A stretch of DNA of 64,000 bases from the human T2T-CHM13v2.0 reference genome, Homo sapiens. The notes under the pieces were generated by a model. It had not been told where the DNA came from. It was given only the letters and a program-made list of their open reading frames with translations, and made no database searches. The stretch is from assembly GCF_009914755.1 (NCBI RefSeq), contig NC_060937.1. One strand, 5' to 3'. Of this stretch, positions 24,035 through 38,699 are shown piece after piece; positions within the stretch are counted from its first letter, which is position 1; each line of letters begins with the position of its first letter. Both the position numbers and the translations under genes were made by a program.

Positions 24035-27000
24035 TACTTGATATGTCATTTGTCATTTAAATTCTCAACAAAGAGTTGGATGGATGAGTCATTTCCCCCA
24101 GACTGACGGCATCATGAAGGCCTGAAGGTGTCACCAACTCCTCTCCTCCAACATCAGCTGAAAAGATACAGTCCTCACTTAGACCACCCTCAGAGAGCAC
24201 AGTTTGTAAAACTTATGAAAATGGAAGTTGTAGAAAGCACTAGAAGTTGCTAAAATACTTTCATATGAAAAAGACTCAAATCCACCCACTGGATTAGACA
24301 AAAACCTGAGCTGAATGAGCCCCAGCTATCTACCTAGAACTTTATCTTCATTCCTCATTTGTCTTCCTTGCTCCCGGTGGAGAGAAGGGGATATACAAAG
24401 AGATGGCTGCAGTTAGAAAAAGGCAATAGTTGCCTCAGAAACCCAGCTCCTGGTGAGTCAAAGTTATGGTTACAGGGAATGGGCTCTGTCCACAAAAGTT
24501 GCTTCTTTAAATATCTTCTGTGCATAAGAATCTGAAATCTCATTTGAATTTGCCAAACACCTGTTCAGTATTAAGCAATGTACCCACCGATTCCAAACTG
24601 CTATTTAAAAAGTCCTTAGGGAATGGAGGGTCAAAGAGTATAAACAATCTATTCTTTATTGGGCTATAAGAAAGCACCATATTAAAGTAGAAAAAGACCA
24701 GGTTATCTTGACAGATCAAGATGGTGGCCTGTAGCAAACTCTGGCCTTTGCCTCTGATCACAGCCTTTATGTTCTAGTGACCTCATAGGAAGTTCTCTAA
24801 AATACACTAAAAATGTCTAGTTTGTTTTTAACTGTATTACGTGTTCACGTCTCTGAAACTTCTCTTTCATCTCGATTACTCTGTTAGGTCCCTCCTCAGT
24901 TCAACTCCAGTTCCCACTTTGGTAGATCAGCCTGTCGAACAAATGGGATGGCATTCACTACACAATGATAATTAAAATTTAAATGGCTATAAGAAAACAA
25001 GTCCTCTACTGTTTATTGGTGCCCATACAATCATCAAAACATAGGTACTGTAAATCTTACAAATGTGACTCAAAAAGATTGAAAGTGGAATAGATTCTAA
25101 GAAACAAGCAATTGTATTATTCACATTCCAGCTGATCCATATCGCCAAATAACAAATAAATCATCCAAGGAATTCCTCCAGGAACAATCTTTTTCCTTGA
25201 GTTTTCCCATTCATTTTTTAAAAATTTCAACAAATATTTATGGAAGACCCACTTTGTGACATCCACTGTGGTGTAGGTGCTTAGTAGGGGCTTGCTACCC
25301 CTACCATTGGTCTTCCATTCTAAGCTAGGAAGAGAAAACTTTTTCTTTAAGAAACATTCTATTAAACACAGGATTAGTGATATATGAATATATATCCTCC
25401 AAGTCAACAGGTTCATTTCCTCCTGGATTTCTCTAAGTTACTTTGCTGTTGCTATTTTTATAACATAATTAGAATGTGCTAGAAAAATAATAGAAATCGG
25501 TCAAATTGATACTTTCCTTTCTCAAACAACTTTTTATCAAAAGGAAGAAAACTAAATGTATTTGTCCCTTGGCTATTAAAAATACATTGGAGCAAACAGA
25601 CACTTAGGATTAGATTATCACAAAGGAAAAGTCAAATAATTCCTGAGGCATTCAAAAACATGCAGAAATGTCAGTAAACATCCTTGAATGATTTTTCCCC
25701 GCCCTGGCAGAATGAAAAGGTAAGGAAAAACACTAGATGCAAGAATCAGCAGACAGACAGTAGCTCGGTTTGTCTTCCATTTCCCTTATCCCCAGACAGT
25801 TCATGATTCTTGGTTTTAGAAACTGGACCACAGGGACGACAGCTGAGCGTCTGATTTTTCAAATGACTGACGTACAATCACCGGGCACACAAGGGTCAAA
25901 CCTTGCAGCTATTTAAAAAACACTTATGTATAATCTGATAAAAAGAAATAGCTAAACAGAAAAGATATAAACAAATTTGAAGTTTGGGAAGTCTTGTTGA
26001 AGAATCACTAAACTGACAGCACAGAAGTGAAAAGAACTGAATTATAAAGGAGGGGGACAAAAGCCCAGATCTGGAAATAGTCATTCTATTTCAAGATTTG
26101 TCCTGAAGAACTGTACTTTACAAGAAGTTAATTACACTTGTGAAAGCTACAATCATTCTGCCATTATCTATACTCCCACTAAATCTCTATTAGAAAGACT
26201 ACCAACAAGGGATCCGTATGTCACATTAAGAGAAACAGACAAAACCAAGCAAGTTTGTAAAAACTGATGAAAGAACAACAAACCAATGCAAATGGCCTTC
26301 GCTACTGGTTATATGGCACCCATTTTAGCTTTTTAACTTCCTAGGATAGACTTATATAAGTACTTTCCCATCAGAAATAAAATTGTTATACCATTTTCAA
26401 AAAATATCATGTGGTTATATAAATCAAGATGAGACTTTGAAAACAAAAGTACTCCATAAATATGTATACATTGTCTCTCAAGGAAAACAAATTTCTCATT
26501 ACCACCATGTGGCCAAAGATAGATTACTAATAACAGATGTTTTAAGTATCCACTTTAGAAAATTTAGGTACTATAAATATGCCCAAGGAAACTCAAAGTT
26601 AGTATATTATTAAAATAATTATTTTTATCTCCAAATTATGTAAATCAAATACACTAATTTTTTCTCCCCAGAGAAGTTTGAAACAAATGCCTATATGCTC
26701 TGAAAGTTGTCTCTGGATTCTTTTAACTTTAATGTTTATATTTAAAATACATTTATGCTGTAAACAATTCAAATAATATAAAGCAAATGGACCCTTTGTA
26801 GATTCCAATCCCACTTTCTTTCTCAGAGGTAACATCTCCTATCAGTTTATTGTGTTTTTTTTCCAGACCTTTGTCTAAATGTATATAATCCAAAGGTTGG
26901 GTTTTTTTAGAATTATGAAAAAAGCTATACTGCACATATTCTGCAAATTGCTTTAGTAGAGATAAAAATTACTAACCTGAATACAGTTTGGAAGCCAGCT

Positions 27001-27960
27001 CTGTGCCACTGTCCCCAAAGACAAAAATGACCATCAATAACTAGCTTTAAAGCTTCAACCATGAGGTTCCCATGACTGCTCATGTTTGCAGTAATTTTCC
27101 CTAATTTTTTCTATCAGAAATCAAGCTTCTAAATTACCACACACTATTCTTTGTGACTGAGGAAATAGCTACCAACACCCTGAATGTTATCAAGCAAAAT
27201 TATAGTTGGGGTAGACCGAGAGAATACCAGTCTGCCATTAAGCATAGCGAGCTCCCTGGGAGGGAAGGCTGGAGAGGATTTGAAAAGGGCAAAAAGAGAG
27301 ACACATGGGCAGACCAAGAGACCCCCTGACTCCTGAAGCTCTCCCTTCACCTATCCTTGGATTCCCCTTTCTTGGCATTCTGGCAACTTTGAATAAACAG
27401 TCAGGAACCCCCAGACAAATATTTCATTGCATATTGCTTATTTTCAATTAGTTACCCAATAATAAAATAGATTACTTCTGTGAAGAAATCTTTAAAGAAA
27501 AGTCTCTCCACAAACCAAATCTTGTGGCACTCACCACAGGGTTAGACACTTTTAATAAAAATTATTATTAATCTGCATGAGATATAAAAGGTTCATCCTT
27601 CCTTGGCTACATTTAGACCCTCTCTCTCATTTTCTTCCTTCCCCCATCCAACTCAGCAGCCAGGGTCACTGTTTACCCATCTGACATCACTGTTTGCCAG
27701 CTATTAGCATTATTTAATTAGCTCCTTCGACAAACCAAGTCAATGTCAGGAGCTGTTTCTGTGACTTAAAACACAACCTACACCAGCCCTCTGGAGTCTG
27801 CTCTGTACCACCAGGGGTCCCCTGGGCTCCAGAACACCTCAGCTGAACTCAGGTGTCAGGACAAAGCACACAGGAGAGAGAATCAGTCCCAAGAGAAGTC
27901 AGCCTCAGACAACATTACTGGCTGGCACTACAGCTGGAAATAAAATGTTTCCTCAACAGC

Positions 27961-28787
27961 TTTTTTTTTTTTTTTTTAATATTTTAAGTTCTGGGATACA
28001 TGCGCAGAACGTGCCAGTTTGTTACATAGGTATACATGTGCCATGGTGGTTTGCTGCACCCATCAACCCGTCATCTAGGTTTTAAGCCCCACATGCATTA
28101 GGTATTTGTCCTAATGCTCTCCCTCCCCTCGCCCCTGCCCCTAAAAGGCCCTGGTGTGTGATGTTCCCCTCCCTGTGTCCATGTATTCTCATTGTTCAAC
28201 TCCCACTTATGAGTGAGAACATGCGGTGTTTGGTTTTCTGCTCTTGTGTTAGTTTGCTGAGAATGATGGTTTCCAGCTTCATCTAGGTCCCTGCAAAGGA
28301 CATGAACTCACTCTTTTTTATGGCTGCACAGTATTCCATGGTGTATATGTGCCACATTTTCTTTATCTAGTCTATCATTGATGGGAATTTGGGTTGGTTC
28401 CAAGTCTTTGCTATTGCGAATAGTGCTGCAATAAACATACGTGTGCATGCATCTTTATAGTAGAATGATTTATAATCCTTTGGGTATACACCCAGTAATG
28501 GGATTGCTGAGTCAAATGGTATTTCTGGTTCTAGACCCTTGAGGAATCGCCACACTGTCTTCCACAATGGTTGAAGTAATTTACACTCCCATTAACAGTG
28601 TAAAAGCTATTTCTCCACATCCTCTCCAGCATCTGTTGTTTCCTGACTTTTTAATGATCGATCGCCATTCCAACTGGCATGGGATGGTATCTCATTGTGG
28701 TTTTGATCTGCATTTCTCTAATGACCAGTGATGATGAGCTTTTTTTCATGTTTGCTGGCTGCATGAATGTCTTCTTTTGAGAAGTGC
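27961..28787 (-). mobile_element. 5'-truncated L1PA8-like, sense to DCLK1
   Basis: Poly-T, 3' UTR with tcatctaggttttaagcccc, disrupted ORF2 C-terminus (EIPFDSAIPLLG; [11 protein letters not shown]); degenerate TSD acagct. Confidence 0.93.
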
Positions 28788-31700
28788 CCGGACAGCTGTT
28801 TAAACACTCTACATGATAGAGACTGTTTACATGTCTACACAGGTGGACTGCAAAGTACACAACAAAACAGGGCATTTATCTTCAAGCACAGGTATTGCTA
28901 AAAGGAAAAATAAACCCTTGCAAAGGAGTCTGTGATCTTTTCGCTTATGTTGTAATTAACAAAGAGTTAGGAGATAGTGTTAGGTATTCGTTTGGTAATC
29001 AATTTCTGAGTATCTCTTAGAGTCAAGCATTGTGGAGCACAGAAACATGAAATGACCCATCCTGTGACTGTGAGAAATTTGCAGCCTAGTGGCAGTTTGG
29101 ACGTGCAAAGATGTGATTGGAAAACAGGCCATGTGGATTGCTGGCATGCAGGAAATGCTCTGAGGATATCCATACCTTTTTCCCACCAAGAAGACTCCTG
29201 GAGGCTTCTCCCTCCTCTCCACTCTCTTCTAACAAGGGACAGGTTTGATTGGGAGTGGGCAAAGGTCAGTTGGATTCCCAATACTAGAAACACCTATCCT
29301 GCTGTGGATACACTATTCTCCCAAGCCAAGGATAAGACTAAGACCCCTGGGAAACAAGGGGAAGGCAGGGAAGGTGGTCAGAGACGAAGAGGGCAAGAGG
29401 CACAAAACCTGTGGCTTTGTTTTTACCAAAAATGTTAAGGAAGTCTTGGGTAGCACTAGAGTGCCCATGAGCATAGGATGCTCTGGCTGGGTCTAAACAA
29501 CAATGTTTTTTAAAACCATGATGTGGGAAAATGGCCAAGTTACATGTGGTTTTCCTGTTTCTTCATCATTGAAGACTAAAATCCACCTGTGGAAACCGAT
29601 CTCTCCTGTATAGTGGGAAAATACTTTACATCCTAGTGGTTATGCAAAGGTTAAGTGACTGCTGGATTCTGGAATAGCAGGTTGATGACTAGGAGGAGTG
29701 AGCTGTCCACATAATAATTAAAGTGTGTTTCAGATGAGGTGTGGCTGGTGCTGCAGACCATATCCTTTGAGGAAAACTCCCTCTGCAGCTGAAGAGGAGG
29801 CACTGAGGGCTGAGTCCAGTGAGGGATGAGAAGGGCACTCCCATTGTGAGCAGGTGAGCTGCCCGCTTTCAGTGCCAGAGAAGAAGCTGGCTTCTGTACT
29901 TCAGGAGCAGCCTCATGTAGGGTCCAGTCTTAAGGCTGTTCTCTCATTCTTCCTTTATGTAAAAGCCTTCTGGAAAGCTTAAATGTTAGGATTTGGCCTC
30001 AGCTATGCTGTGGGAAATGAAAGGACAGGCTCTTTTCTGTATTGAGAAAGAAGTGGCATAGGGTAGAGAACTACATCCTGGGAAAGCAGGTTGTAAGATG
30101 GCAAATGTGCCCTACAGGACAGCAGGCAGCCTCGTGCCCCAGAACACCAGTGGAGTGGCAGTGCCAGCCAGTGGGTCTGCGAGACGTGCCGGGGTTCCCG
30201 ATGTACCTTGAGATTCCAGGGAGGGTGGAACCTTAACATTAGTGGTAGAAAAAGATCTATCTCTCTTGACAAACCAAAATACTTTATTCTACTGCAAATA
30301 GTCCCCATGACAACCACATTTCCATTTATGTCTTAGCTCATAATAACCCAAGAACACTCACTATTCTTAGCCTACCTTTGTAGCACAACCATTTCTTCAG
30401 ACATTTCACTCCTTCCCACCACTAATCTCTGTTTCAATGGTCCTCTGGATTCTAAACTTTTCTGAATACTTTTTTAAAAAACAGATGAAATACCAATAAC
30501 CAATAAAAGAAACAAAATTTTATTCTATCTTTTTTTTAAAAAAATTCTCTCAATCTACTTATCATCATTGGTGCAATTTCTATATTCAAGTTGGAGGTGA
30601 AAAGTCTGAAATTAGTTCAAAATGGCTTTTGCCAGACTCATTAAAATGCTTCGGAAGCGGTTTTAATTTTTTTTCTAGCGTCTTCAATGGGCCTGATTTC
30701 TGCCCCATTTCGAATCATTCTTCCTCTGTACAATGTCACATATCTGCGAATAAATATGTAAGCTCTCCTCTACTTGATGAGAAAACCTCACATTACAAAC
30801 TGTTGGGCAACCCAGGAGAAACAGGCCAGATGGCCTAGAGACCTGCTGGCCTGCTAGGCCTGAACAGAAGCACAGGCTTTCCTCAATCTATGTGCTTTGT
30901 GCAGTTAATATAACTCTATTTTTGGAAACATAACCTTGGTTCCAAGTTCAGCCCATGTTTCTTTCCTGTGCAGCACTCAACTATTCCACTCTCTCATGAC
31001 ACTTCTCTGCAGGACCACCCTCGAACAGGAACTCCGGGTTGTCCATTGCAAAGTGTTCCCATTTATTTAAAGTTTCCCATCACTCTCTTCTTTCCACCTC
31101 CATTCTCTGGCAAAAGCATCTTCTTTTTTCTTTGCACCAAGAAATATACAACAGGCAGTTCTGGTCATTTACTTTCTCCAACTTCCTTTTATGTTTCTGA
31201 GTCACTGAATCTTGCCTCACACCAATAACATCTAGCTCTAATTTGATTTTTTTCCTCCAATATTTCAAATACAAAACAAGACAAAATCTTGTTTCCTTTG
31301 GTACAAGAGTGGCTCCAACAATAGCTAATGCGAAGTGTTGATGGCACTTTGATCTCCATTTGGCAGCATGAGGGAACCAAAGCTTTTTACTCTCCTGGTG
31401 ACTAATCATTATTTCACATCAATTGGAGAGGATTAACAAATCTTAGTAATCCAGATGTGCGTTTGCAATTCCTATGGTCCCCAAGTGTGCCACATGCATT
31501 GTGGGAATAAGCATTAGGTTAATAACCTAGCACTATTTAAAAAATTTAATGCACTTTGCCTTCATAAACTACGACATGCCCTCCAATACATTATAAAGCA
31601 AGCCTTACTTTAGAGTGGGGTGACATAACAGTTGTAGGCTTATCGATGTGGAAAGGAAAGTTATTTGACATTTATTGTTCTGGCAAAGTATAAAGACAAA

Positions 31701-31849
31701 AAGAAAAATAGTTTTCTTTGGGTCTGGACATTCAGATCTTTCTGGATGAAAATTCTCAGAGCAGCAAATGTAAGGCCTACAGTCCGATAAGGACGCACAT
31801 CCTCTATTCACAGGCATATTTTCAAAATACCCCCGAGGAGCCCTTCTTC

Positions 31850-32250
31850 TTAGAGGAGTCATTGAAAAGATCAGCTGGAGGGCATCCAGGCAGACAGAAT
31901 GGGATGGCACAGACACTTAGTATTAGAAGCAACAAGCTGTTTGGAGAACTGGGACTTAGGGTGTACAGGGGAAAATGGCAAGAAGTGAGGCTGGAAAGGG
32001 AGAAGAGGCCAATATCTCCAAGGATTTTACACGCCACGCTGGGACAAAAGCTCTGTTCTTAGAAAGAGCTCTCTGGAGGTAGCACAGAACGTAGGTAGGA
32101 GAGGAAAGAGACAGGAAGCAAAGAGATCAGCTAGGGAACTTCTGCAAGGGTCCAGGCCCACCGTGAGAGCTTGAACGCATGCGTGGAGAAGGGTAACTGG
32201 ATTCCCAAAACATTTCTGGGCAGATCGGAGGAGCCACTGAATGACTCACT
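31850..32250 (-). mobile_element. L2 LINE fragment
   Basis: Purine-rich L2 antisense signature (gaagtgaggctggaaaggga..gaggcca; gagatcagctaggg..ctgcaagggtccagg). Confidence 0.6.
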
Positions 32251-32478
32251 GGATACGGGGGCGAATGCTCTCGTGAGGTCAGTGAAAGCTCAGAGAAACA
32301 GCAGGGGAGCACAATGAGGATCTCATGATCATGAGCTTGGTCTTGTGTCCCAGCCCCCACCCTACCCCACTCCACCCCATGCAACAGCCAGTCCCTCTCC
32401 TGCACTGTTGTCACATGGCTCAGTACAATCTCCTTGGGCACATAGCCCATGGCATTATAAACCACTGGTTAAAATGCT

Positions 32479-32901
32479 GGCTGCATAAACATCTTCTTTT
32501 GAGAAGTGTCTGTTCATGTCCTTCACCCGCTTTTTGATGGGGTTGTTCTTTTCCTGTAAATTTGTTTAAGTTCCTTGTAGATTCTGGATATTAGACCTTT
32601 GTCAGATGGGTAGATTGTAAAAATTTTCTCCCATTCTGTTGGTTGCGGGTTCACTCTGATGCTAGTTTCTTTTGCTGTGCAGAAGCTCTTTAGTTTCATT
32701 AGATCCCATTTGTCAATTCTGGCTTTTGTTGCAATTGCTTTTGGTGTTTTAGTCATGCAGGGCTTAAAACCTAGATGACAGGTTGATAGGTGCAGCAAAC
32801 CATGATGGCACATGTATACTATGCAACAAACCTGCACGTTCTGCACATGTATCCCAGAACTTAAAGTAAAATAAAAAAATTTAAAAAATAATAAATTTTA
32901 A
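32479..32901. mobile_element. L1PA8-like with 5' inversion (ORF2 piece on minus 32479-32757; 3' UTR end and A-tail on plus 32754-32901)
   Basis: Minus piece encodes [28 protein letters not shown]; plus piece is gggcttaaaacctagatg...aacttaaagtaaaataaaa; TSD AAAATGCT at 32471-32478 and 32902-32909. Confidence 0.9.
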
Positions 32902-33550
32902 AAAATGCTCATCTTCTGGGCTGTACTCTGAGTGTCTCAGGGCAGGGACCATAACTCACCCATCTTCATATCCTCAATACTTGGCACGTAAGGGCTTGTT
33001 ATGTGATGAATGACTTTCAACTTTTAATCTACATTTGGCCATCAAAATGGAAAATAACCCAAACTTCAGAGAAGTTGCTTCTTTCTTCTGTCTGCTTCTC
33101 TATACATTTATAAAGTTAGTCCAGAAAATTTATTTCAGTCATGACACCCCAGAGGTATAAATATATGTGATATATGAGTCAAGGTAGATAAAGAAAATAG
33201 CCACCATTCCTAGCGTGATATGTGTCATATGATAAAGCACTTGAAGTTGACAGTAAGAAGGCTGCTGTGTGTCTTGTTCATCTGGGTCCTCCCTCCCACT
33301 CCCAACGATAGCTATCCATTTCCCCCACTACTGGCATCATTTTCTAACTACTTTTTCACATTTATCTGTGTTCCTAGTTCCTATGCCCTGAGCACAACCC
33401 CTCCCCAAATCCAATACAGCTGTCATCATTCTGGACAAATTGTCTTGCTTTCCTAGCCCAGGGCAATGTTCTATGTTGTTTATTTTGCCTAGAATGTCCT
33501 CTCATCATCTTTTCTACTTGCCAATACCTTATAGTATTTTATTAAATGAA

Positions 33551-33640
33551 TTATTTTATTTAATTACTTAGCAGCACGTGATACTGTTGTCAGACAGTCC
33601 TTATTTTATTTCATTACTTAGCAGCTATGATACTGTTGAC
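33551..33640. repeat. Diverged tandem duplication (50-bp period)
   Basis: ttattttatttaattacttagcagcacgtgatactgttg versus ttattttatttcattacttagcagctatgatactgttg. Confidence 0.85.
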
Positions 33641-33689
33641 CATATACAACTCCAAATCTGCTTTATTTTTCTGACCGGAAGACAACTAA

Positions 33690-33905
33690 TGTCTAAGAGT
33701 TCTGGCTCTTGAGGTTTTTTTTTTATAGCTGTGTGATATCACACATATTATATAACCCTTCTAAATCTCAGTTTCCTCATCTGTAAAAGAGAAAAAAATA
33801 GTACTTACCTTCTAGAGTTGGTGTGAGGATTAAATTTTATCATGCATATGAAGTGCTTAACACAGTTCCTAGCACAACGGCAAATAGCTGAATAGCTGTT
33901 AGTTG
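33690..33905 (+). mobile_element. MIR SINE
   Basis: ctcagtttcctcatctgtaaaa ... gttggtgtgaggattaaa ... aagtgcttaacacagttcct. Confidence 0.88.
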
Positions 33906-33934
33906 TTATGCTTATTATATTATTTAACTTTTAA

Positions 33935-34292
<358 letters not shown>

Positions 34293-34582
34293 GCGAGAGG
34301 CGTTTTCTTTCCTTTTCCTTTTCTTCACGTCTTCCTGTTCCTTCCCATATCCAATCAGTTACTAAATTCTATGAATTCTACCGTCTAAATATCCTTTGCA
34401 TGTTAGGCAAGAGCCCAGGCTGCACAAAATAGGTATAATCTGAATTTTAGAAGCTTGAAAATAAGACAAGTCAAAAAAAAAGAAAAAAATGGCTTTGGAG
34501 AGGAAAGTATTGTTAACATCACTGATAATTAGGCCTTCCCGAATAAGAGACAAAAATAATAACAATACTTCAAAACTATTAA

Positions 34583-34659
34583 CAGACTGCAGCTTGAAAT
34601 CCTTACTTCTATGCCAAGCATCAGACTGTTCTTGAAATCCTTACTTCTACATCAAACCT
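34583..34659. repeat. Diverged tandem duplication (about 39 bp)
   Basis: cagactgcagcttgaaatccttacttcta versus cagactgttcttgaaatccttacttcta. Confidence 0.85.
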
Positions 34660-35427
34660 TCATTATGTAACTGGTCCTATAATTGGAGGAAGGACTGCTC
34701 ACATAGCTAACTTTGAAAATTGGCAGTGTACCATATTTGCAACAGATTGGCAAATTATTTAAGAAGTCGGTAGGAATAAGAAAGTGGGTATATTTTTCAT
34801 TTTGATTGACAGAAGTCATCATGTGGGTAAAACCATCACTTCATTCAGTACTACCAGGTCTTGGATCTGTGAAAGGATATTTGCTACAGTGAATCTCCCA
34901 GCCAAGGGCTCCCATGGTGGCTACAAATCACCTACTTAAGTTTCCATATAGTAGACCATGACTTCCATGTTTTTAAATGAAAACAGCACCGTGTGATTAA
35001 AGTACCATATATTATATACATAAATTCTTTTAATGAACAAACATTTACCAAGCACCTGGTCAAAGCAAAGTACCATGCTAGAGACCCCTGAGGACCTCGA
35101 TATTCCCAAAGTCATTGCTAGCACATTATCATTCAATCACCTGACTACAATCCATGTCCCTATGTTTCCAGTCCTTTTTTTTTCTTTCAGGAATTCCTTC
35201 ACAGAACTATTTAGCCTCTCAAATACCCTAAGGAATTTTAGAATAATTTTGACATTTTTTAGTGATAGTTATTTAAAATAAAATATTTAAAATTAGAAAT
35301 ACATTAATAGAGCTTAGATAGTATTTGTGGAATATAAAGACAAAGTTTGTTCTTCCCAATCAACCTGTCTTACATATTTTCAGGTAATTTTAATTTATAT
35401 GGCAAATATATGATTTAAGCACAAAAA

Positions 35428-35548
35428 ATTATTATTATTATTTTGAGACGGGGTCTCACCATATTGTCCAGTATGGTATCAAACTCCTGGACTCCAGTGA
35501 TCCTCCTGCCTCATCCTCCTTAGTAGATGGCACTACAGGCACCCAGCC
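35428..35548 (-). mobile_element. FLAM-type Alu monomer
   Basis: (att)n tail, gagacggggtctcacc ... aactcctggactccagtgatcctcctgcc ... cccagcc. Confidence 0.85.
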
Positions 35549-36675
35549 AAAAATTTTTTTAATGACTAGACCTTATTTGGCATTAGAGTCAAGTCTATAT
35601 TAAAATGTAGACAAATTAAAATATGTTACAGCATTTTTTAAAAATCTGCCTTTTTTGACCTGATATAAATTTTGCACCCCTCCACAAATCATCTTGTTTA
35701 GTCATAGTCAGACAGTTTTAATCTCAGTAAATAAAAGCTACATTGGATTCAATTATCATTGTATTTTCTTTTTATTATTATTTTCTTAAATGCTAGAAAC
35801 ACCTTAACGTGCTTTATAAAAGCTGGCATTATCGTCATTTATATTCTGCTCCTTGTTCACCTCCTATATTTAACCAATGGTTATGAATACAAAATTAACA
35901 ACAGATAGTTAGAATAAAACCAATTTAAAGCAATTTAATGGTCAAAACCAGGAGCTATCAGCTGTTGGTGTTCTGTTGCGTTATTAAACCAACTCAGAAA
36001 TGCGGACTCTTACTTGATCCCCACTAACTGCCAGTCATGGGTAGTTGCTATACACCCTGTGGCTGTAAAATCAATTCCTTTTTAAGGAAAAAGTTTCTAA
36101 GCAATAATTATACTTTACTTACAGTTTTTAAAGGGTATTAAGACAAATGTCGTTACTGCACCACATTCCTAAACCCCCTAGTGGCTCCAGAGCTATCAGC
36201 CGGGAAGCACTTTACATTTTGAAAATGTATTGCTCAGGACAAAATGATGAAGAGCCCTGGAGAGCATCTGCTGTGAAAGAAGAAACAATTTCGGGCCAGG
36301 AATATGATTTCCTGTAAGTGAAATAATCACATGAGAAGAAAAGTGAAATTATCTCACACTTACTGAAGGCTCAAGTGATGGGGAAAAGTTAAGATGGAAA
36401 AGAAAAATGAGGAGCAAAAAGGAAGCAGGAGTGAGGAAGCAGGTGTGAGGAAGGACCACATGTCTATGTCTTCCCTTATGCACAAGCACTAGACTTTTTG
36501 TTCCAGTAAAGAATTTCCAGCAAGTGACAGAAAGCAAACCCATGCCCAGTTGAACTGAACAATTTCTCTATGAACAGAAAATGTTTTGTCAAGAACCAGA
36601 AATTTCTTTTGATAATCAGTCATGAATGAACACAGGTGGCAGAATGTATCCTCTGATATCTCTCTATCTCTCTCT

Positions 36676-37013
36676 CTTTGTTTTTTTTTTTTTGTTTTTT
36701 TTGTTTTGTTTTGTTTTGTTTTGTATTTTTTGAGACAGAATCTCACTCTGTCGCCCAGGCTAGAGTGCCGTGATGTGATCTTGGCTCACTGCAACTTCCG
36801 CTTCCCAGGTTCAAGTGATTCTCATGTCTCAGCCTCCTGAGTAGCTGGGACTATAGGCATGTGTTACCACATCCAGCTAATATTTTGCATTTTTAGTAGA
36901 GACGGGTTTCACTGTGGTGGTCAGGCTGGTCTCGAACTCCTGAGCTCAGGCAATCCGCCCGCCTCAACTTCCCAAAATGCTGGGAGTCCAGGTGTGAGCC
37001 ACTGTGCCCGGCT
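36676..37013 (-). mobile_element. AluS with (GTTTT)n tail
   Basis: Full reverse-complement Alu ending cactgtgcccggct. Confidence 0.93.
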
Positions 37014-38699
37014 CTCTCATATCTTTCTGGGCTCAAACTCCCAAATGTTTCCAAAAAACCACTACTTAATGCAAGAAAATTAAAGATGATCTAAAACAAG
37101 ACTTGATTTATGTCACCGGATAAGTAAATATCATGGACATATAAATTCCACCACCCCTTCCCCCAAAATATGAGAGTCAAAGACTGAACACTGCTGAGAA
37201 ACATAGTAGAAAAATTAAATGCTACCTCATCTGAGAAGCATAACTTTCTTGAGGATATGGCCATAGCAGTCATAAGATTCTCAAAGGGGAATGCAAGCCC
37301 CAAAATTTAAGAGCCATTGTTGTAGATAAAATAAGAAAAACTAAATTAAAGATAGAGGATTTTGTCTTAAATTCCTGGAATTAAAAGAATTTTTCCATTT
37401 CATTGATATTATTTTCTGTTGTCAGCTTTAGCTAAAGGAAATTACAATAAACCATATAATAAACAAACTAAATCACTATTTTATTTAATTTCAATTTAAT
37501 AATAAGACCTATATAATAAAGCCCCCAAAAGAGAGGGTTAAAAACTATAAACAAGTTCCATTGGTTTTGAAAGGGTTTTTTGTATGTAATTTTCTTTAAT
37601 GTAGCTAACCACCACCAAAACCCCTTTGGTTCTTTGGAGAGACAGATTACCAAGAAGGAGGTCAGAAAGGGAGAAAAATCTGGGAAGCAATCTCAGTTCC
37701 TCACTAACCTCAGAACTATGCCTAGATATAAGCCCAAGGCCTTTGAATCTCAGCCAGAGACCAGCTTTTCTTTCCCATCTTGTAAGAGGCTTCACAGGGG
37801 AGACCGGTCCTTGTTTTTGGTTTAGAGATGGCCTTGAACAAGAAAAAGAAGATAAGTATACACTGAATACACAATCTTTTCTGGAATCCAAAGGCCAGCA
37901 GCATCTTAACACTGAAGTACAAAGGCATTTTCAATGATGGTTCAGTGAACATAATCCCCCAGGTGCAGCTTTACTGTACGGCAGAATATTAAAATGCACA
38001 ATTAAGTCTCTTTCCTTGAGAAGAAAGAAATAGGTAATCTTTTAAAAGTCCTCAAAGATCTTGAATAGCAAAGTGATGAAAGGACAAGTGGGAAACTCAC
38101 CATGAAGAGGGAATGACAGAGATTATGAAATAATTGGATCTCATCCAAGGAACAGACAAAGCACATGGAAGCCATATTTTAACTATGAAATGCAAAAAGA
38201 TATACACAGCTTGAAATATGTTAATATCATGTGAAACCTAATCAGCTTATAAATGGTATTTTGGACTGTAACAAAGCAAATGTCACCAAATGGGGCCCCA
38301 AGAAGGTAGGAGAGAAGAATAGACCCCAAGGAAGCATCCCTAGGGCTTAGAAGACAGTAATTATTCCATCCTGCCATGAACATGAAAGCTTTCTTCTCCT
38401 GGATACCTAAGTCTGGAGTGAGCTCAGAAATGCCGTATGTGCAAAGAGTGCAAAGATAATAAGTGGCTCACAGTGCTGAAACTGGCTACATAACCTCTGT
38501 AATAAGTTACTTATAAAACCTCAATAAAACCCAGAGCTAGTCAAACCGAGCTGGAGAGGATGGAGGCTACAGTTACAGGTTAAAGGCGATGAACTTAGTG
38601 AATCCATAATTACACAAATGACTTAGAAGGTAGAAAGGAGACTTTTCTATAAAAGCAGATAGAAAAATGAGGTCAACATTTAAAAGCTGATGTGACTAA

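Noticed and set aside
24085-25075. Three AP-1 motifs (TGAGTCA/TGACTCA) within 1 kb
   Set aside because: The 7-mer occurs many times across the window, so the clustering is compatible with chance.
32175-32184. ACGCATGCGT palindrome (NRF1-like) in a CpG patch
   Set aside because: Imperfect motif inside an L2 remnant, with no CpG island.
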